A stretch of DNA of 64,000 nt from Candidatus Melainabacteria bacterium 17Bon1m (lineage in GTDB: Bacteria > Cyanobacteriota > Vampirovibrionia > Obscuribacterales > Obscuribacteraceae): contig JAVLKG010000002.1 of NCBI GenBank assembly GCA_032128875.1, positions 128,001 to 192,000 of the forward strand. Direction: 5' to 3'. Of the stretch, positions 29,274 through 38,899 are shown piece after piece. The translations under genes and the position numbers were made by a program. Numbering within the stretch: position 1 is the first letter of the stretch; each line of letters opens with the position of its first letter. A model generated the notes under the pieces. That model did not search any database. It had not been told where the DNA came from and saw only the letters and a list, made by a program, of their open reading frames with translations.

Positions 29274-29846
29274 TTACTGAGCTGCAGCAGGAGCTTCGCC
29301 GCCGCCCTTCATCATGCCGACGAGTTTTGCTTTTTGTTCGGGTGTCAGCTGTTTGCGAATGGTGAGCAGTAGCTTAATACGGTCAGACGCCATCTCCCCG
29401 GTGACACCGTTGATTTCGTCTTGTTTCGCCAAAACAGCCTTCTCGTCCGGGTCGGTTTCAAGTGAGAGCTGATGCATCTCTTGGATCAAACCCATCATGC
29501 GTTTGGCTTTTACGCGCGCCTGATCTTCAAAGTCTTTCGCTAACTGCCGAATGCGCGTTTCCTGCTCTTGGGAGACGCCAGCCTGTCTGTAGATTGCCAT
29601 TGGATCTGTTGCAGCGCCCTGCCCTGCTTGCGCTTGAGCTAGGCGGCGTTTCTTCGTAAACTCTGCTGCCTGAGCTTCGGTGCTTGCCGCCGCCAAGTTA
29701 CGTTTGGGTTCGGCGCCGCCGACCTTCTGTGCTTCTTTGGATTGAACCGGTTGCTGATCGCCCTGGGCTTGTGCCTGCACCGAATACGATGCCAAAAGCG
29801 CCAGAGAACAAATTGCAGACACTTGCGCAAGAACTTTCAATGACAT
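29274..29846 (-). CDS. Spy/CpxP-like periplasmic protein
   Basis: Signal peptide; SQEQ and LTPEQ (LTxxQ) motifs. Confidence 0.8.
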   Translation of the reverse strand: MSLKVLAQVSAICSLALLASYSVQAQAQGDQQPVQSKEAQKVGGAEPKRNLAAASTEAQAAEFTKKRRLAQAQAGQGAATDPMAIYRQAGVSQEQETRIRQLAKDFEDQARVKAKRMMGLIQEMHQLSLETDPDEKAVLAKQDEINGVTGEMASDRIKLLLTIRKQLTPEQKAKLVGMMKGGGEAPAAAQ

Positions 29847-29991
29847 GGGTCAACTTCTCCGGTCGAGATCCAAATTACAAATTTCAAATTACAAACAAGA
29901 CCAATGATACCAATTTGGCGCAAAGTGTTCCCGCGTGATTCAAGTGGGAAGCTAACAGGCAGCGGTAGACAGATGGATGAAAACCGGGACC

Positions 29992-30065
29992 CGCCAAGCG
30001 ATGCAGGCTCATCGCCCGCCAAGCGATGCAGCTCATCGCGCGCCGAGCGATGCAAACTCATCGCC
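29992..30065. repeat. Three tandem 24-25 bp hairpin units
   Basis: CGCCAAGCGATGCAGGCTCATCGCC-like units, each with GCGATG/CATCGC. Confidence 0.8.
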
Positions 30066-30153
30066 TGCTAGCCAAATCAGCATTCTGAGTGGATTGGGTT
30101 ATGGAAGGTATATCTCGTCGGCTTCGGTTCGGATGTAGTCGAATCGTCTGGAT

Positions 30154-32892
30154 TTAGTCGATGCCCATGTGGATGAACGGCGCCCAAGCGTGTATCGGGT
30201 GCCCGTTCTCCAGCGCCTGTATTTGCGCTTGCCGAAGTGCCTCGTAGATGGATATTTTCCCGCCTTGCCACGCCGCATGGAAATCCTTCATCAAGGTGGC
30301 GGTCGAGCGGTCTGCGACTTCCCACAAGCTGAGCACTAGGTTGGGCATGCCAGCGTACATCAGCGCTCGTGCGAGACCCAGGATTTCGCCGCCGGCTGTG
30401 ACTTTATTGACGCCGGTCTGGCACGCTGAGAGCACGAGGAGTTTGCCGCATTGTGTTCTGAGTACGTTGCCCTGCAAAATCGCGGCGGCGGTAAGGATGC
30501 TGCCGTCGGCTAGAACCAAGCCGGATGCCAGTGGTTCTTCCGGATTGAAAACTGCGTGTCCGGCAAAGTGAACGACCGGATACTTGCTGAACAGCTCAGG
30601 AAGGGATTCTTGAACTTCCTGGTTTGTCAGCATTTTGGAACGCGTTGAGGTCATCTTGCCGAGATCGAAGATTGTCTGCGCTTCTTCGAGCGTGTAGCTG
30701 AGGTCGTCGAGACCGGCTGCAGAGCGCAATCGTGAGCTGAAGACGACGCCTTCTTTGCGCGTTATAGAGTAGTCGCTGATAGCGGAAACCAAATAAGGGG
30801 CGGATGCATCATCTGCGGATGCGGTTTTTGATGTGGCTGTTTGCGCCTCGGCCTGCGCCTTTGCAAGAACAGGTATCAAACTTGTGGTGGGCAAATAGCT
30901 GGTTGCAAACTTCTGGCAAACGTACCCCTTGCCGTCGTGCAATGCGCTGAATGGCAGATGGAATAAGCTTCCGTGCGGGACCAGCAGAAGGTGGTTGATG
31001 TCTTCAGGGAGTTCTCTGAGGATTGTGCCGAACAGACCATTGTAGAGTCGTTTGCACAAACTGACCGGAACTTCCCAACCTTCAGTCGCCGACATCTCCA
31101 GGAAATTTGCGAGGTCTTCTTCGAGAACCGTCAGCTTCTCCGCATCAGTGATTAGGTTAAGCGCCGGTTGTGCAGCGCCATGCCAGAGCCCTGCCGCCAA
31201 GAGATATTGATCGGTCCAGTAAAATTCGACAATTGCTGTGTTGCGGCTGAGTAAGAAGTCATTTTGCGTACCTGGGAGCGCCGGCGGCTCGCCGGCTTCT
31301 GTGGATTTCGCATCGCCAGCGGTGCGCGTTTCATTCCAAAGTTGACTGATTTCAGCGAATGTCAAAGTCGAAGCGCACACCAGACTCGCGTAGTTCGGAT
31401 GCCGCCTGCGCAGCTGGTTAACGACGTCACGCCACTCGGCATAAATGCGTTGCGAATCCTCGGCTGGTATCGCCGCACCCCGGGTTCCGCTCTCGCCGCC
31501 ACTGCTACTCGAACCTTGCCAGAACAAGCGCTCGAAATGAGCAATTTGATTTCGCAATTCTGATTCGTGGTGGATAAGTTTTTGCAGTGATTCATCGCCG
31601 CTGTCATTGAGCTGCGATACATCAATCGGCGAATTGCTCAGAAGATCAAGCAACGCCCTCGATTTTGCACGACCGACATATTCGAGCGCTTCAACGCGTT
31701 TGCCCATGGAAAGGCAAACTTTGACCATGTCGCGGTACATGTCTTGCCCGCGATTTTGGAAACTTGTTTTGAGGTCATCAGCTTTAATTGCCGAACGCTG
31801 TTCGTCGAAGAGCTCGATCGCAGAACTGAAGAAATCGAAAGCTGGCTGCAGCTGCCCCATTTGCTGATATGTTTTTCCGAGATTGGAAAGATAGATTCGC
31901 TGACCCTGACGGTCCTCAATCTCGCGACTGATGCTGAGTGCTTCTTGGTAGCGTTCTAAAGCAAGATTCAAATTGCCCTGCGCGAAATAGCAATCGCCAA
32001 GACTGTCCATGTGAGCCGCTTGCGATTGCAAGTCTTCTTGGTTTTTCGCCAGATCAACTGCACGTTGGCAATGCTCTACCGCCTTTGTGATATCGCCGCG
32101 TTTCAACCACGCGTTGCCGATGTTGCCGAGCCAGATTCCGACGCGCCGCTGGTCCTCTGCTTTCTCGGAGAGTGTGAGCGCTTCTTCATAGCACTTCGCT
32201 GCTTCCTCGTAGCGTTTTGCCTCGAACATCGCATTGCCCTGGCTTCCGCGACAGATGGCTTGCGTTCTTCTATCTTGGGTGAGACCCGCTTCGTTGAATG
32301 CTCGTGCGAAGTAATCGTTAGCGTCGTCGTACAAGCCGAGCTCGGTGTACGCCAAGCCGAGACTGCCTAGCCATGCGGCTTTGTTGGGTGTGTCGTCGCG
32401 CACCTCGATGGCGTGGCGGAACCATTCTATAGATTGCTCTGCCCAACCTTTTTCTAAGTACAAGCGACCGAGATTGCCGAATGCGATTTCCATGCCGTTG
32501 CGGTCTTCGCATGTGTAGGCGGCGTCGAGTGCGCGCAGGAAGTATGCGATGGCGTCGTCGGCATGACCGTCGTCGCGGTATTGTTCTGCCAAAAGTAGCG
32601 ACGCGTGCGCTTCGACTTTGGCGAGTCCGAATTCGCGCGCGGTCTCGATGGCTGTTTTGAAGGCGGCGACGGCTTTGTCCATCTCGCCTGTGTGAGCCAA
32701 CGAGATGCCCTGATAGCTGGAAAATACAGCAATCGCGCCGTGGTCGCTCACCTCTTTGGCGAGTGCCACAGCTTTCTCGTAAAAGCCTATTGCTGAGTTG
32801 TAGTCGCCTTTCTGAAAAGCTGCCCAGCCTTTATCGCCCTGGGCTTCCATGGCGGCTCGTTGCTTTTCCAGATTGACGGGTTCGTTTCCCAT
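30154..32892 (-). CDS. TPR-repeat plus CHAT (caspase-like) protease
   Basis: Many TPRs; RAKSRALLD; catalytic HFAGH and LSACQTG; SLWEV; WAPF. Confidence 0.93.
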   Translation of the reverse strand: MGNEPVNLEKQRAAMEAQGDKGWAAFQKGDYNSAIGFYEKAVALAKEVSDHGAIAVFSSYQGISLAHTGEMDKAVAAFKTAIETAREFGLAKVEAHASLLLAEQYRDDGHADDAIAYFLRALDAAYTCEDRNGMEIAFGNLGRLYLEKGWAEQSIEWFRHAIEVRDDTPNKAAWLGSLGLAYTELGLYDDANDYFARAFNEAGLTQDRRTQAICRGSQGNAMFEAKRYEEAAKCYEEALTLSEKAEDQRRVGIWLGNIGNAWLKRGDITKAVEHCQRAVDLAKNQEDLQSQAAHMDSLGDCYFAQGNLNLALERYQEALSISREIEDRQGQRIYLSNLGKTYQQMGQLQPAFDFFSSAIELFDEQRSAIKADDLKTSFQNRGQDMYRDMVKVCLSMGKRVEALEYVGRAKSRALLDLLSNSPIDVSQLNDSGDESLQKLIHHESELRNQIAHFERLFWQGSSSSGGESGTRGAAIPAEDSQRIYAEWRDVVNQLRRRHPNYASLVCASTLTFAEISQLWNETRTAGDAKSTEAGEPPALPGTQNDFLLSRNTAIVEFYWTDQYLLAAGLWHGAAQPALNLITDAEKLTVLEEDLANFLEMSATEGWEVPVSLCKRLYNGLFGTILRELPEDINHLLLVPHGSLFHLPFSALHDGKGYVCQKFATSYLPTTSLIPVLAKAQAEAQTATSKTASADDASAPYLVSAISDYSITRKEGVVFSSRLRSAAGLDDLSYTLEEAQTIFDLGKMTSTRSKMLTNQEVQESLPELFSKYPVVHFAGHAVFNPEEPLASGLVLADGSILTAAAILQGNVLRTQCGKLLVLSACQTGVNKVTAGGEILGLARALMYAGMPNLVLSLWEVADRSTATLMKDFHAAWQGGKISIYEALRQAQIQALENGHPIHAWAPFIHMGID
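31271..31300. repeat. REP copy inside the CHAT coding sequence
   Basis: Exact 30-nt reverse complement of intergenic 18465-18494. Confidence 0.88.
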
Positions 32893-33126
32893 CTAGGACC
32901 TCAGGAGGTACGCCTCCCCTCCATATTGAAGGATATCTACTTTTCAGCCAGGACGAAAGCTGCCATTGGGCGTTGGTTGATTGATTGGTTGGTTGTGGGC
33001 TGGTCGCTTGGTGCATGAACGGAAGTTCTGCCGGACCCTTTCATCCTTTGGTTGAACGTATCTATCCGGCAAGTGGCAAATTTGGACAGGCGAGCCGTCT
33101 ATAGGTTTCTAATGTTGGGAAACGCT

Positions 33127-33392
33127 TGGGAGCGCGGGCGGCTCGCCCGCTTTGGGGTGGGTTCTTGGCGTGGGTGGTGATTCGTGGGGGCGCCGAATGA
33201 CGTGGGGGCACCGAATGGTGTGGGGGCGCCGATGACGTGGGGTCGCCGAATGGCGTGGGGGCGCAGAATGACGTGGGGGCGCCGAATGGCGTGGGGGCGC
33301 GTTGCACGCGCCCAGAGTTGCAAGCTGAAAAGGGCGATGCATGGCATCGCCCTACAATTTTTCGATGCCGGCGAGCCGCCGGCGCTCCCAGG
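33127..33392. repeat. REP cluster including six tandem ~18-bp GTGGGGGCGCCGAATGRC units
   Basis: Units from 33184 run into GTGGGGGCGCGTTGCACGCGCCC; flanked by inverted GGGAGCGC-family copies. Confidence 0.85.
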
Positions 33393-34616
33393 TTAATAAG
33401 TCCCGTGACGGTACGTATACGAACCGTAAGTAGCCGTGGGTGGTGGCATTTTCGCCGAGATGTACGGTGCAGCGGCGCGCGGTGCACTGGCTACCTGGCG
33501 AACAGCGACGACTTTTGGTCCTTTGCTGTAGCGATTTTTCGGGCGCATTTGCACGACATTACGCGGCTTTGCAAAGCCGGCGCTGTGAATGTTCGAGGTA
33601 AAGCCGGCTTTTGCCAAATGTTGTTGACCGCCGCCGTGCCACGAACCGAAGTAAGCTTTTGGTGCTGCTGGGCGCATACTGCCGCGACCCATTCCCATGC
33701 TGCCCATTCCGGGAGCCATACCAGGGCTTGCCATTCCAGCGCCCATGCCTGCTCCCATTCCGGCGCCCATGGCTGCGTCGCCACGTCCGCCGCGGATGAA
33801 GTTTTTCAGTTGAGCTTCCGGAACCAAATTCAGCGGAAACGGCGCAGGACCTGCGGTTCCTTGCTGTTGTGGTCTGTCGAGATTGCCTATAGGTGCGTTG
33901 AGTTGGCGCTCGATGTCGGCTTCTTTGGCGGTGAAAGGCGCAAAGTTTTGCGGCATTACAGGCGCTTGAACTAGCGAAGCGCCGGCTTGCGAGATCATTT
34001 TCTCGTCGCCTTTCGGCTCGCCGAGCCAATCGTCCATTCTGTCTTGGAGAGATTGTTTCGCTGTGTGCTTCGCATTCTTGAGATTCTTGGCTGACGGTGC
34101 GGCTCCCATGTGATGTGCACCAGCAATCGCTTGACGCGCCATCGCTACTGCATTGTCGCGAAGGCTTCCGGAGCCTGCGCCCAAGCCCTTCGGAACCATG
34201 TTCGCCAAACTTTGCGGCTGGCGGTAAGCGGCTCTAGGTGCCGGATACTCGGCATATTGAGACTGCGAAATATTGCCTGCGAGCTGCGACGGGTCAAACG
34301 CCATGCGCGGCGTTTGTGCCACGAGCTGCATGTCCAGGTCGCGCTGCGAAGGCAGCTTGCTGACCTTATGCATTGGCTTCAAGCGCGCAACATACGCGTC
34401 GAAAGAGCGGTCTCCGCTGCTGATCTTCTCGGGAATCGAGACCTTCATTCTCGACGACGGCACGTCAGCCTTGCCCTTCTTTATAGAAGCGAGGTTGCTC
34501 TTGAGCCAATCGCCCGTGTCGGCGTGCCCTTCCTCGGCTGCAGGTGCCATTTGGCAGAATGCAATCGGTAAGGACGCTGCGATGTTGACGCTGAGAAGTA
34601 GTGCAGATAGTTTCAT
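33393..34616 (-). CDS. Exported low-complexity hypothetical protein (Gly/Met-rich segment)
   Basis: 407-aa ORF with signal-like N-terminus; GAGM repeats. Confidence 0.65.
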   Translation of the reverse strand: MKLSALLLSVNIAASLPIAFCQMAPAAEEGHADTGDWLKSNLASIKKGKADVPSSRMKVSIPEKISSGDRSFDAYVARLKPMHKVSKLPSQRDLDMQLVAQTPRMAFDPSQLAGNISQSQYAEYPAPRAAYRQPQSLANMVPKGLGAGSGSLRDNAVAMARQAIAGAHHMGAAPSAKNLKNAKHTAKQSLQDRMDDWLGEPKGDEKMISQAGASLVQAPVMPQNFAPFTAKEADIERQLNAPIGNLDRPQQQGTAGPAPFPLNLVPEAQLKNFIRGGRGDAAMGAGMGAGMGAGMASPGMAPGMGSMGMGRGSMRPAAPKAYFGSWHGGGQQHLAKAGFTSNIHSAGFAKPRNVVQMRPKNRYSKGPKVVAVRQVASAPRAAAPYISAKMPPPTATYGSYTYRHGTY

Positions 34617-34916
34617 CAGGATGCCGTTCCGCTTTAGCCAGAGGGTGGATGGAGAAGAAGTGCGCTATGCACACGGGGCACTCGGGGTGTGAGTGGCTCG
34701 CCGATGACATGAGTTTATAAATGGTAGGTTGCTAAGTCACTGGGAAAAGTACGCAAGCGATTGCCTGAACTAACTTTTCGAGCGATGAGGGTGGGAATAT
34801 TCCCCTCTTGGCAACGAGGCGTTTAATGTTTTGAAAGGGGTTCGACAGACTCGGATTAATCTTTGGGCGTTCCAAATTCAAGTGTCGATTGCGCTGAAAA
34901 ATCTTCCTTGCGCTGA

Positions 34917-35357
34917 CTATTTGTTTTTTTCTTTGTCCTGGAACGATTTGTATTCTTTGTATTCTTGGCTTTCTAAGATTGTTTGTCTAATCGACTCTGC
35001 AATTGAAATGGGGGGAGTTTCGCTGGCAGCCTCTTGCGTCTTTGCGCGCTCGCGCCAAAACTTGGCTTTTTCCGCGTTTTTCTCAACGTAGATGCCCTGA
35101 TCGTGCCATTCTGCGAGGCGTGCCTGTGCCTTTTCAACGCACCCCTCTGCCGCCTGTGTATATAGCTGGTGAGCCTTCTCGAGATCTTGCGGTACTAATT
35201 CGCCTTGCTCGTAATACCAACCGACCTCATAAGCCGCAATGGGAGAGCCCTTCTCAGCCTCAAGCGCGTTTTGAAAGCACTCGAACGCTTCCCGTAAATT
35301 GCCTTTCTCGCGGGCTGCATAGCCTGCGTACAGGCTTTTCATAAATGAGTTTGCCAT
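34917..35357 (-). CDS. Sel1-repeat protein
   Basis: AAYEVGWYYEQGELVPQDLEKA...AAEG; AQARLAEWHDQG. Confidence 0.85.
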   Translation of the reverse strand: MANSFMKSLYAGYAAREKGNLREAFECFQNALEAEKGSPIAAYEVGWYYEQGELVPQDLEKAHQLYTQAAEGCVEKAQARLAEWHDQGIYVEKNAEKAKFWRERAKTQEAASETPPISIAESIRQTILESQEYKEYKSFQDKEKNK

Positions 35358-35379
35358 GAAATCTCGCTGTGGGTGCGGT

Positions 35380-36063
35380 TTAGTCCCAGACTAAACGATA
35401 ACCGACTCCGCGCACAGTGAGTATATGCTTGGGCTGGCTGGGGTTTTCCTCGAGTTTTTCGCGCAGATATCTGATGTGAACATCCACCGTGCGGCTCTCT
35501 CCAAGGAAATCGGAGCCCCATACTTGAGCGAAAAGTTGGTCGCGGGTAAAGACTCGATTGGGGTGTTTCGCCATTGCAGCCAGCAATTCGAACTCTTTGA
35601 AAGTGAGATCAATCTGCTGATTGTTGACCGAAACCGTGCGGCTGTCCATGTCTATGAACAATGCACCCAGTCGTAAACCTTTGGGAGCGGGCGCTGCGCC
35701 TGGCGCTTCACGTAAATGCGCTTTGACGCGTGCGACCAATTCGCGCAGCCTGACCGGCTTGGCGATGTAATCGTTGGCGCCGAGTTCGAGTCCGACCACA
35801 GTGTCAATCTCGGAAGTCCGCGCCGTGAGCATGAGTATCGGGGTCTTGCGGTCCTGGCTGCGAACGCGTCGGCAAACCTCATAACCGTCCAGCCCCGGCA
35901 TCATCAGGTCCAGGATGATCAGGTCGGGCTTTTCCGATTCGGCAACTTGAATAGCCTTAATCCCATCGTGGGCAAGCAATGTGCCAAAGCCTTCCTGATT
36001 CAGCACGTACTGAATCGAATTGGCGATATCTACTTCATCATCGACGATAAGTATCTTTTTCAT
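35380..36063 (-). CDS. OmpR/PhoB-family response regulator
   Basis: ILIVDDE, LDLMMP, GANDYIAKP, SRTVDVHIRYLREKLE, TVRGVGY. Confidence 0.95.
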   Translation of the reverse strand: MKKILIVDDEVDIANSIQYVLNQEGFGTLLAHDGIKAIQVAESEKPDLIILDLMMPGLDGYEVCRRVRSQDRKTPILMLTARTSEIDTVVGLELGANDYIAKPVRLRELVARVKAHLREAPGAAPAPKGLRLGALFIDMDSRTVSVNNQQIDLTFKEFELLAAMAKHPNRVFTRDQLFAQVWGSDFLGESRTVDVHIRYLREKLEENPSQPKHILTVRGVGYRLVWD

Positions 36064-36299
36064 CTAACCCTTCAGACGTTTTCTCACTCAACAAGTGGTT
36101 CATAGTATCATCGACTTTGATAGCAGTACTGCTTGATTTGCTCCAATTTTCGATTGCATCGAAGAGCGGAATTCTTTAGATATCCTGGGATATCCGTGGA
36201 TATGTATAAAGTAGCCAAATTGGCGCCGCATGTAGCCAAACATGAAGCGGCTTCGGGGCGGTACTCGCTGGAATGTGATGGGGCAGGATTCTTTTAGCA

Positions 36300-37616
36300 A
36301 TGTCCGGTAAACACAAACATCGATTCGAGCGCATTTTCGCCCTTGTTTTGGCGTCGCTGGCGATATTGTGGCCGGATTCTGTGGCGCTTTCGGCGACCAA
36401 GAAGCCCGAGACTGACTCGAAACAACCAATGGTGTGGCCGACTTTTGGTCCATATCCGCCAATGGTGCACCCCGTGCGCATCGGCATCGGCACGCGTGCC
36501 TCGGTGGCACGTATTGCTGTATGGTCGCCTGGTTTTGTGTTTGTTGACAATCGCCCTTTGATGCCGCTGAAGCCTCAGGTTATTTACCAAATCACTCCCG
36601 GCAGAATTACAGAACTCGCGACCGGTCGCTCTACTGCTCTGCCACTGGATAGACGCACCCAAATTGCGGCGCGCGATATGAGTGGAACGTATGCAGTGTG
36701 GGCGAACAACCGCTGGTGGCGTGGAAGTTTGGAACTGATTTTGACGCGCGGTGTAACCACTATCAATTTGCTCGACTTGGAAGATTATTTACAAGGTGTG
36801 GTTCCGTCAGAGATGCCTGCAAGCTGGCAGCTTGAAGCATTGAAGGCGCAGGCAGTCGCCGCTCGGAGTTATGCTGTAGCCCACTTGGGTAAAGGTTCTA
36901 AGTGGCTGAACAGCGAAGGCTTTGACCTCGTTCCTGATGTGCGCGACCAAGCGTATAAAGGTTTGGCGGCTGAGGCGAACTCGACTCGTATTGCGGTTTT
37001 TCAAACGCAAGGAATTATTCTTCGCGACGCCGGACGAATCAAGCCCGGTTTTTATCGTGCCACCGTGGGCGATTACTACGAAAATTTGAACATCCGCACG
37101 AAGTCTGTGCCGAAGAGCTCTGTTGAGAAAGTCACTGGCGTTAATGGTGTTGTCGGTATCACTGTGAAACAGTGGACAATCAATGGTGATGCGCATTCGA
37201 TTCAAATTATGGGATCGAAACGATCCAGAGAAGTTGATGGAAAGTCGTTCGCAAGAATGTTGGGGTTGTCGACTCCTGGCATACTTGATGTTCGCGAGGA
37301 TGGCAGCAACTGGGTCTTCACTTGCCGCGGACCAGGCAATGGTGCTCGCGGTTTGAGCCAACATGGTGCCAACGCGCTGGCGAAACGCGGCTGGCGTTAC
37401 GAACAAATTTTGCAGCACTACTATCAGGATCCTGATGGTCAGCTGCGTCTGGAATTCATCGATCGCTCCAGCTTTGCTGCCGCTGCGGCTGCCGCTGCTG
37501 CCCGCTATCGCATGCCGTACGCGCGCCCGCCTAAAGGTGGACGTGCTGCCGCGCCTCAGCCTGAGCCGGAAGAAGAAGAATCAAGCGACGAAGAAGAAAA
37601 AGACGAGAAGAAATAA
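36300..37616 (+). CDS. SpoIID/LytB-domain lytic transglycosylase-like protein
   Basis: LEDYLQGVVPSEMPASW..EALKAQAVAARSYA; GLSQHGA; ILQHYY. Confidence 0.9.
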   Translation: MSGKHKHRFERIFALVLASLAILWPDSVALSATKKPETDSKQPMVWPTFGPYPPMVHPVRIGIGTRASVARIAVWSPGFVFVDNRPLMPLKPQVIYQITPGRITELATGRSTALPLDRRTQIAARDMSGTYAVWANNRWWRGSLELILTRGVTTINLLDLEDYLQGVVPSEMPASWQLEALKAQAVAARSYAVAHLGKGSKWLNSEGFDLVPDVRDQAYKGLAAEANSTRIAVFQTQGIILRDAGRIKPGFYRATVGDYYENLNIRTKSVPKSSVEKVTGVNGVVGITVKQWTINGDAHSIQIMGSKRSREVDGKSFARMLGLSTPGILDVREDGSNWVFTCRGPGNGARGLSQHGANALAKRGWRYEQILQHYYQDPDGQLRLEFIDRSSFAAAAAAAAARYRMPYARPPKGGRAAAPQPEPEEEESSDEEEKDEKK

Positions 37617-37754
37617 TCGTTTTGCAGAGTTTGTGGCGGCGCGTTGCACGCGCCCAAAGATTGGAAAAACATCAGAGTAAAGTGAGAGTAACCGCATTAT
37701 AAATTTGGTCCAGAGTTCAGTAATCAGTTAGAAAGGCACCCCTAAGGAGCGAAC

Positions 37755-38678
37755 ATGTCCAGCCCAAGCGACACGCGCATCAAAACTAACTTTCTTGAGA
37801 ATCAAGCCAAGGAAGTATCCGACAAGAAGATGTCCAAAGGACCGCTCATTGCTTTTGGAATCGTTTTCCTCGCTGGTATCAGTTTTGCTGGCTATAAGGT
37901 GACGGAATTCTTGATGAATTACGAAACCATCGCCATGATGAAGAACATCGAACTCATCTTGGACAGCCCAACTACAAAGAATGGACAAGCGACTGTAGAC
38001 ATCGTTGTTCGTAACAACAATCCTTTTCCAGTGCAAAACTTTGAGATCGCCTACACTATTGATGGCACCACTGGTGGTAGCGTCTCGAAAGGCGTCGCGA
38101 AGATTGAAAACCTCGTGCCAGCCGCTGACGAGCGCAAGTTTGCCGCCGTTTCACTTGGCGCCATGAACGGCGAACCAGGCAAGATGCACGTTGATTTGAC
38201 TGGTGCAAAAATTTCTGAGAAGTCCAAATTGCCCGGCGACGTTCAGCAGCGAATTACTGATGCACTGTTTCTCAAAGAGCAAGACAGCCTTGCGGCATTC
38301 CAGCAATTGGACAAAGAGCTGCCCAACAATCCTGTGATTCTCAACGGATTGGCTCTGACATATGAAGAATGCAGTCAGAAAGACAAGGCGAAAGAGACTT
38401 ATGAGAAGTCGATTTCGACCAGTCAAGCCGGTGGTGTGAAGGGCGGACCTGATGCCGCTGAAGCTGCGACTCCGACTGCTACGCCAGCTGGAGAAGCTTC
38501 TTCCGCTGAGGCTGCTAGTGGTGCCACCCACAATTCGACTTTGGAAAACGCGCACTATCACCTCGGGCTCTTGCTTTTGAACACAGACAAGAAAAAGGCT
38601 CAAGCTGAGTTTGAAGCAGCCGCGCAGCTCGATCCCAACGATCCCGCCGTCAAAGCCGAACTGGAAAAACTAAAGTAG
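37755..38678 (+). CDS. Membrane-anchored Ig-like plus TPR protein
   Basis: N-terminal TM; AHYHLGLLL, AAQLDPND; AAGGAG RBS. Confidence 0.7.
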   Translation: MSSPSDTRIKTNFLENQAKEVSDKKMSKGPLIAFGIVFLAGISFAGYKVTEFLMNYETIAMMKNIELILDSPTTKNGQATVDIVVRNNNPFPVQNFEIAYTIDGTTGGSVSKGVAKIENLVPAADERKFAAVSLGAMNGEPGKMHVDLTGAKISEKSKLPGDVQQRITDALFLKEQDSLAAFQQLDKELPNNPVILNGLALTYEECSQKDKAKETYEKSISTSQAGGVKGGPDAAEAATPTATPAGEASSAEAASGATHNSTLENAHYHLGLLLLNTDKKKAQAEFEAAAQLDPNDPAVKAELEKLK

Positions 38679-38683
38679 AAAAG

Positions 38684-38880
38684 CGTGGGGGCGTGTTGCA
38701 CACGCCCGTTGTCGTGGGGGCGCGTTGCACGCGCCCGTTGTCGTGGGGGCGTGTTGCACACGCCCGTTGTTGTGGGGGCGCGTTGCACGCGCCATTTTTT
38801 GGGCGGCATGAATGCCGCGCCCTACAGCGGAGATTGGCTTAGGTAGCGGATGCTCTGGGAGCGCCGGCATCCTGCCGGCT
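38684..38880. repeat. Four tandem GTGGGGGCG(T/C)GTTGCAC(A/G)CGCCC REP units plus two other REPs
   Basis: Units spaced about 29 bp apart from 38685; then GGGCGGCATGAATGCCGC and TGGGAGCGCCGGCATCCTGCCGGC. Confidence 0.88.
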
Positions 38881-38899
38881 CTTCTATCCAAACACTTTT

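Noticed and set aside
33184-33313. CRISPR array or repeat-protein ORFs
   Set aside because: 18-bp contiguous REP-derived units; ORFs in several frames are stop-free artefacts of GC-rich repeats
34793-34804. 12-bp palindrome GGGAATATTCCC as an operator
   Set aside because: Single occurrence with no supporting second site; plausible by chance in 64 kb
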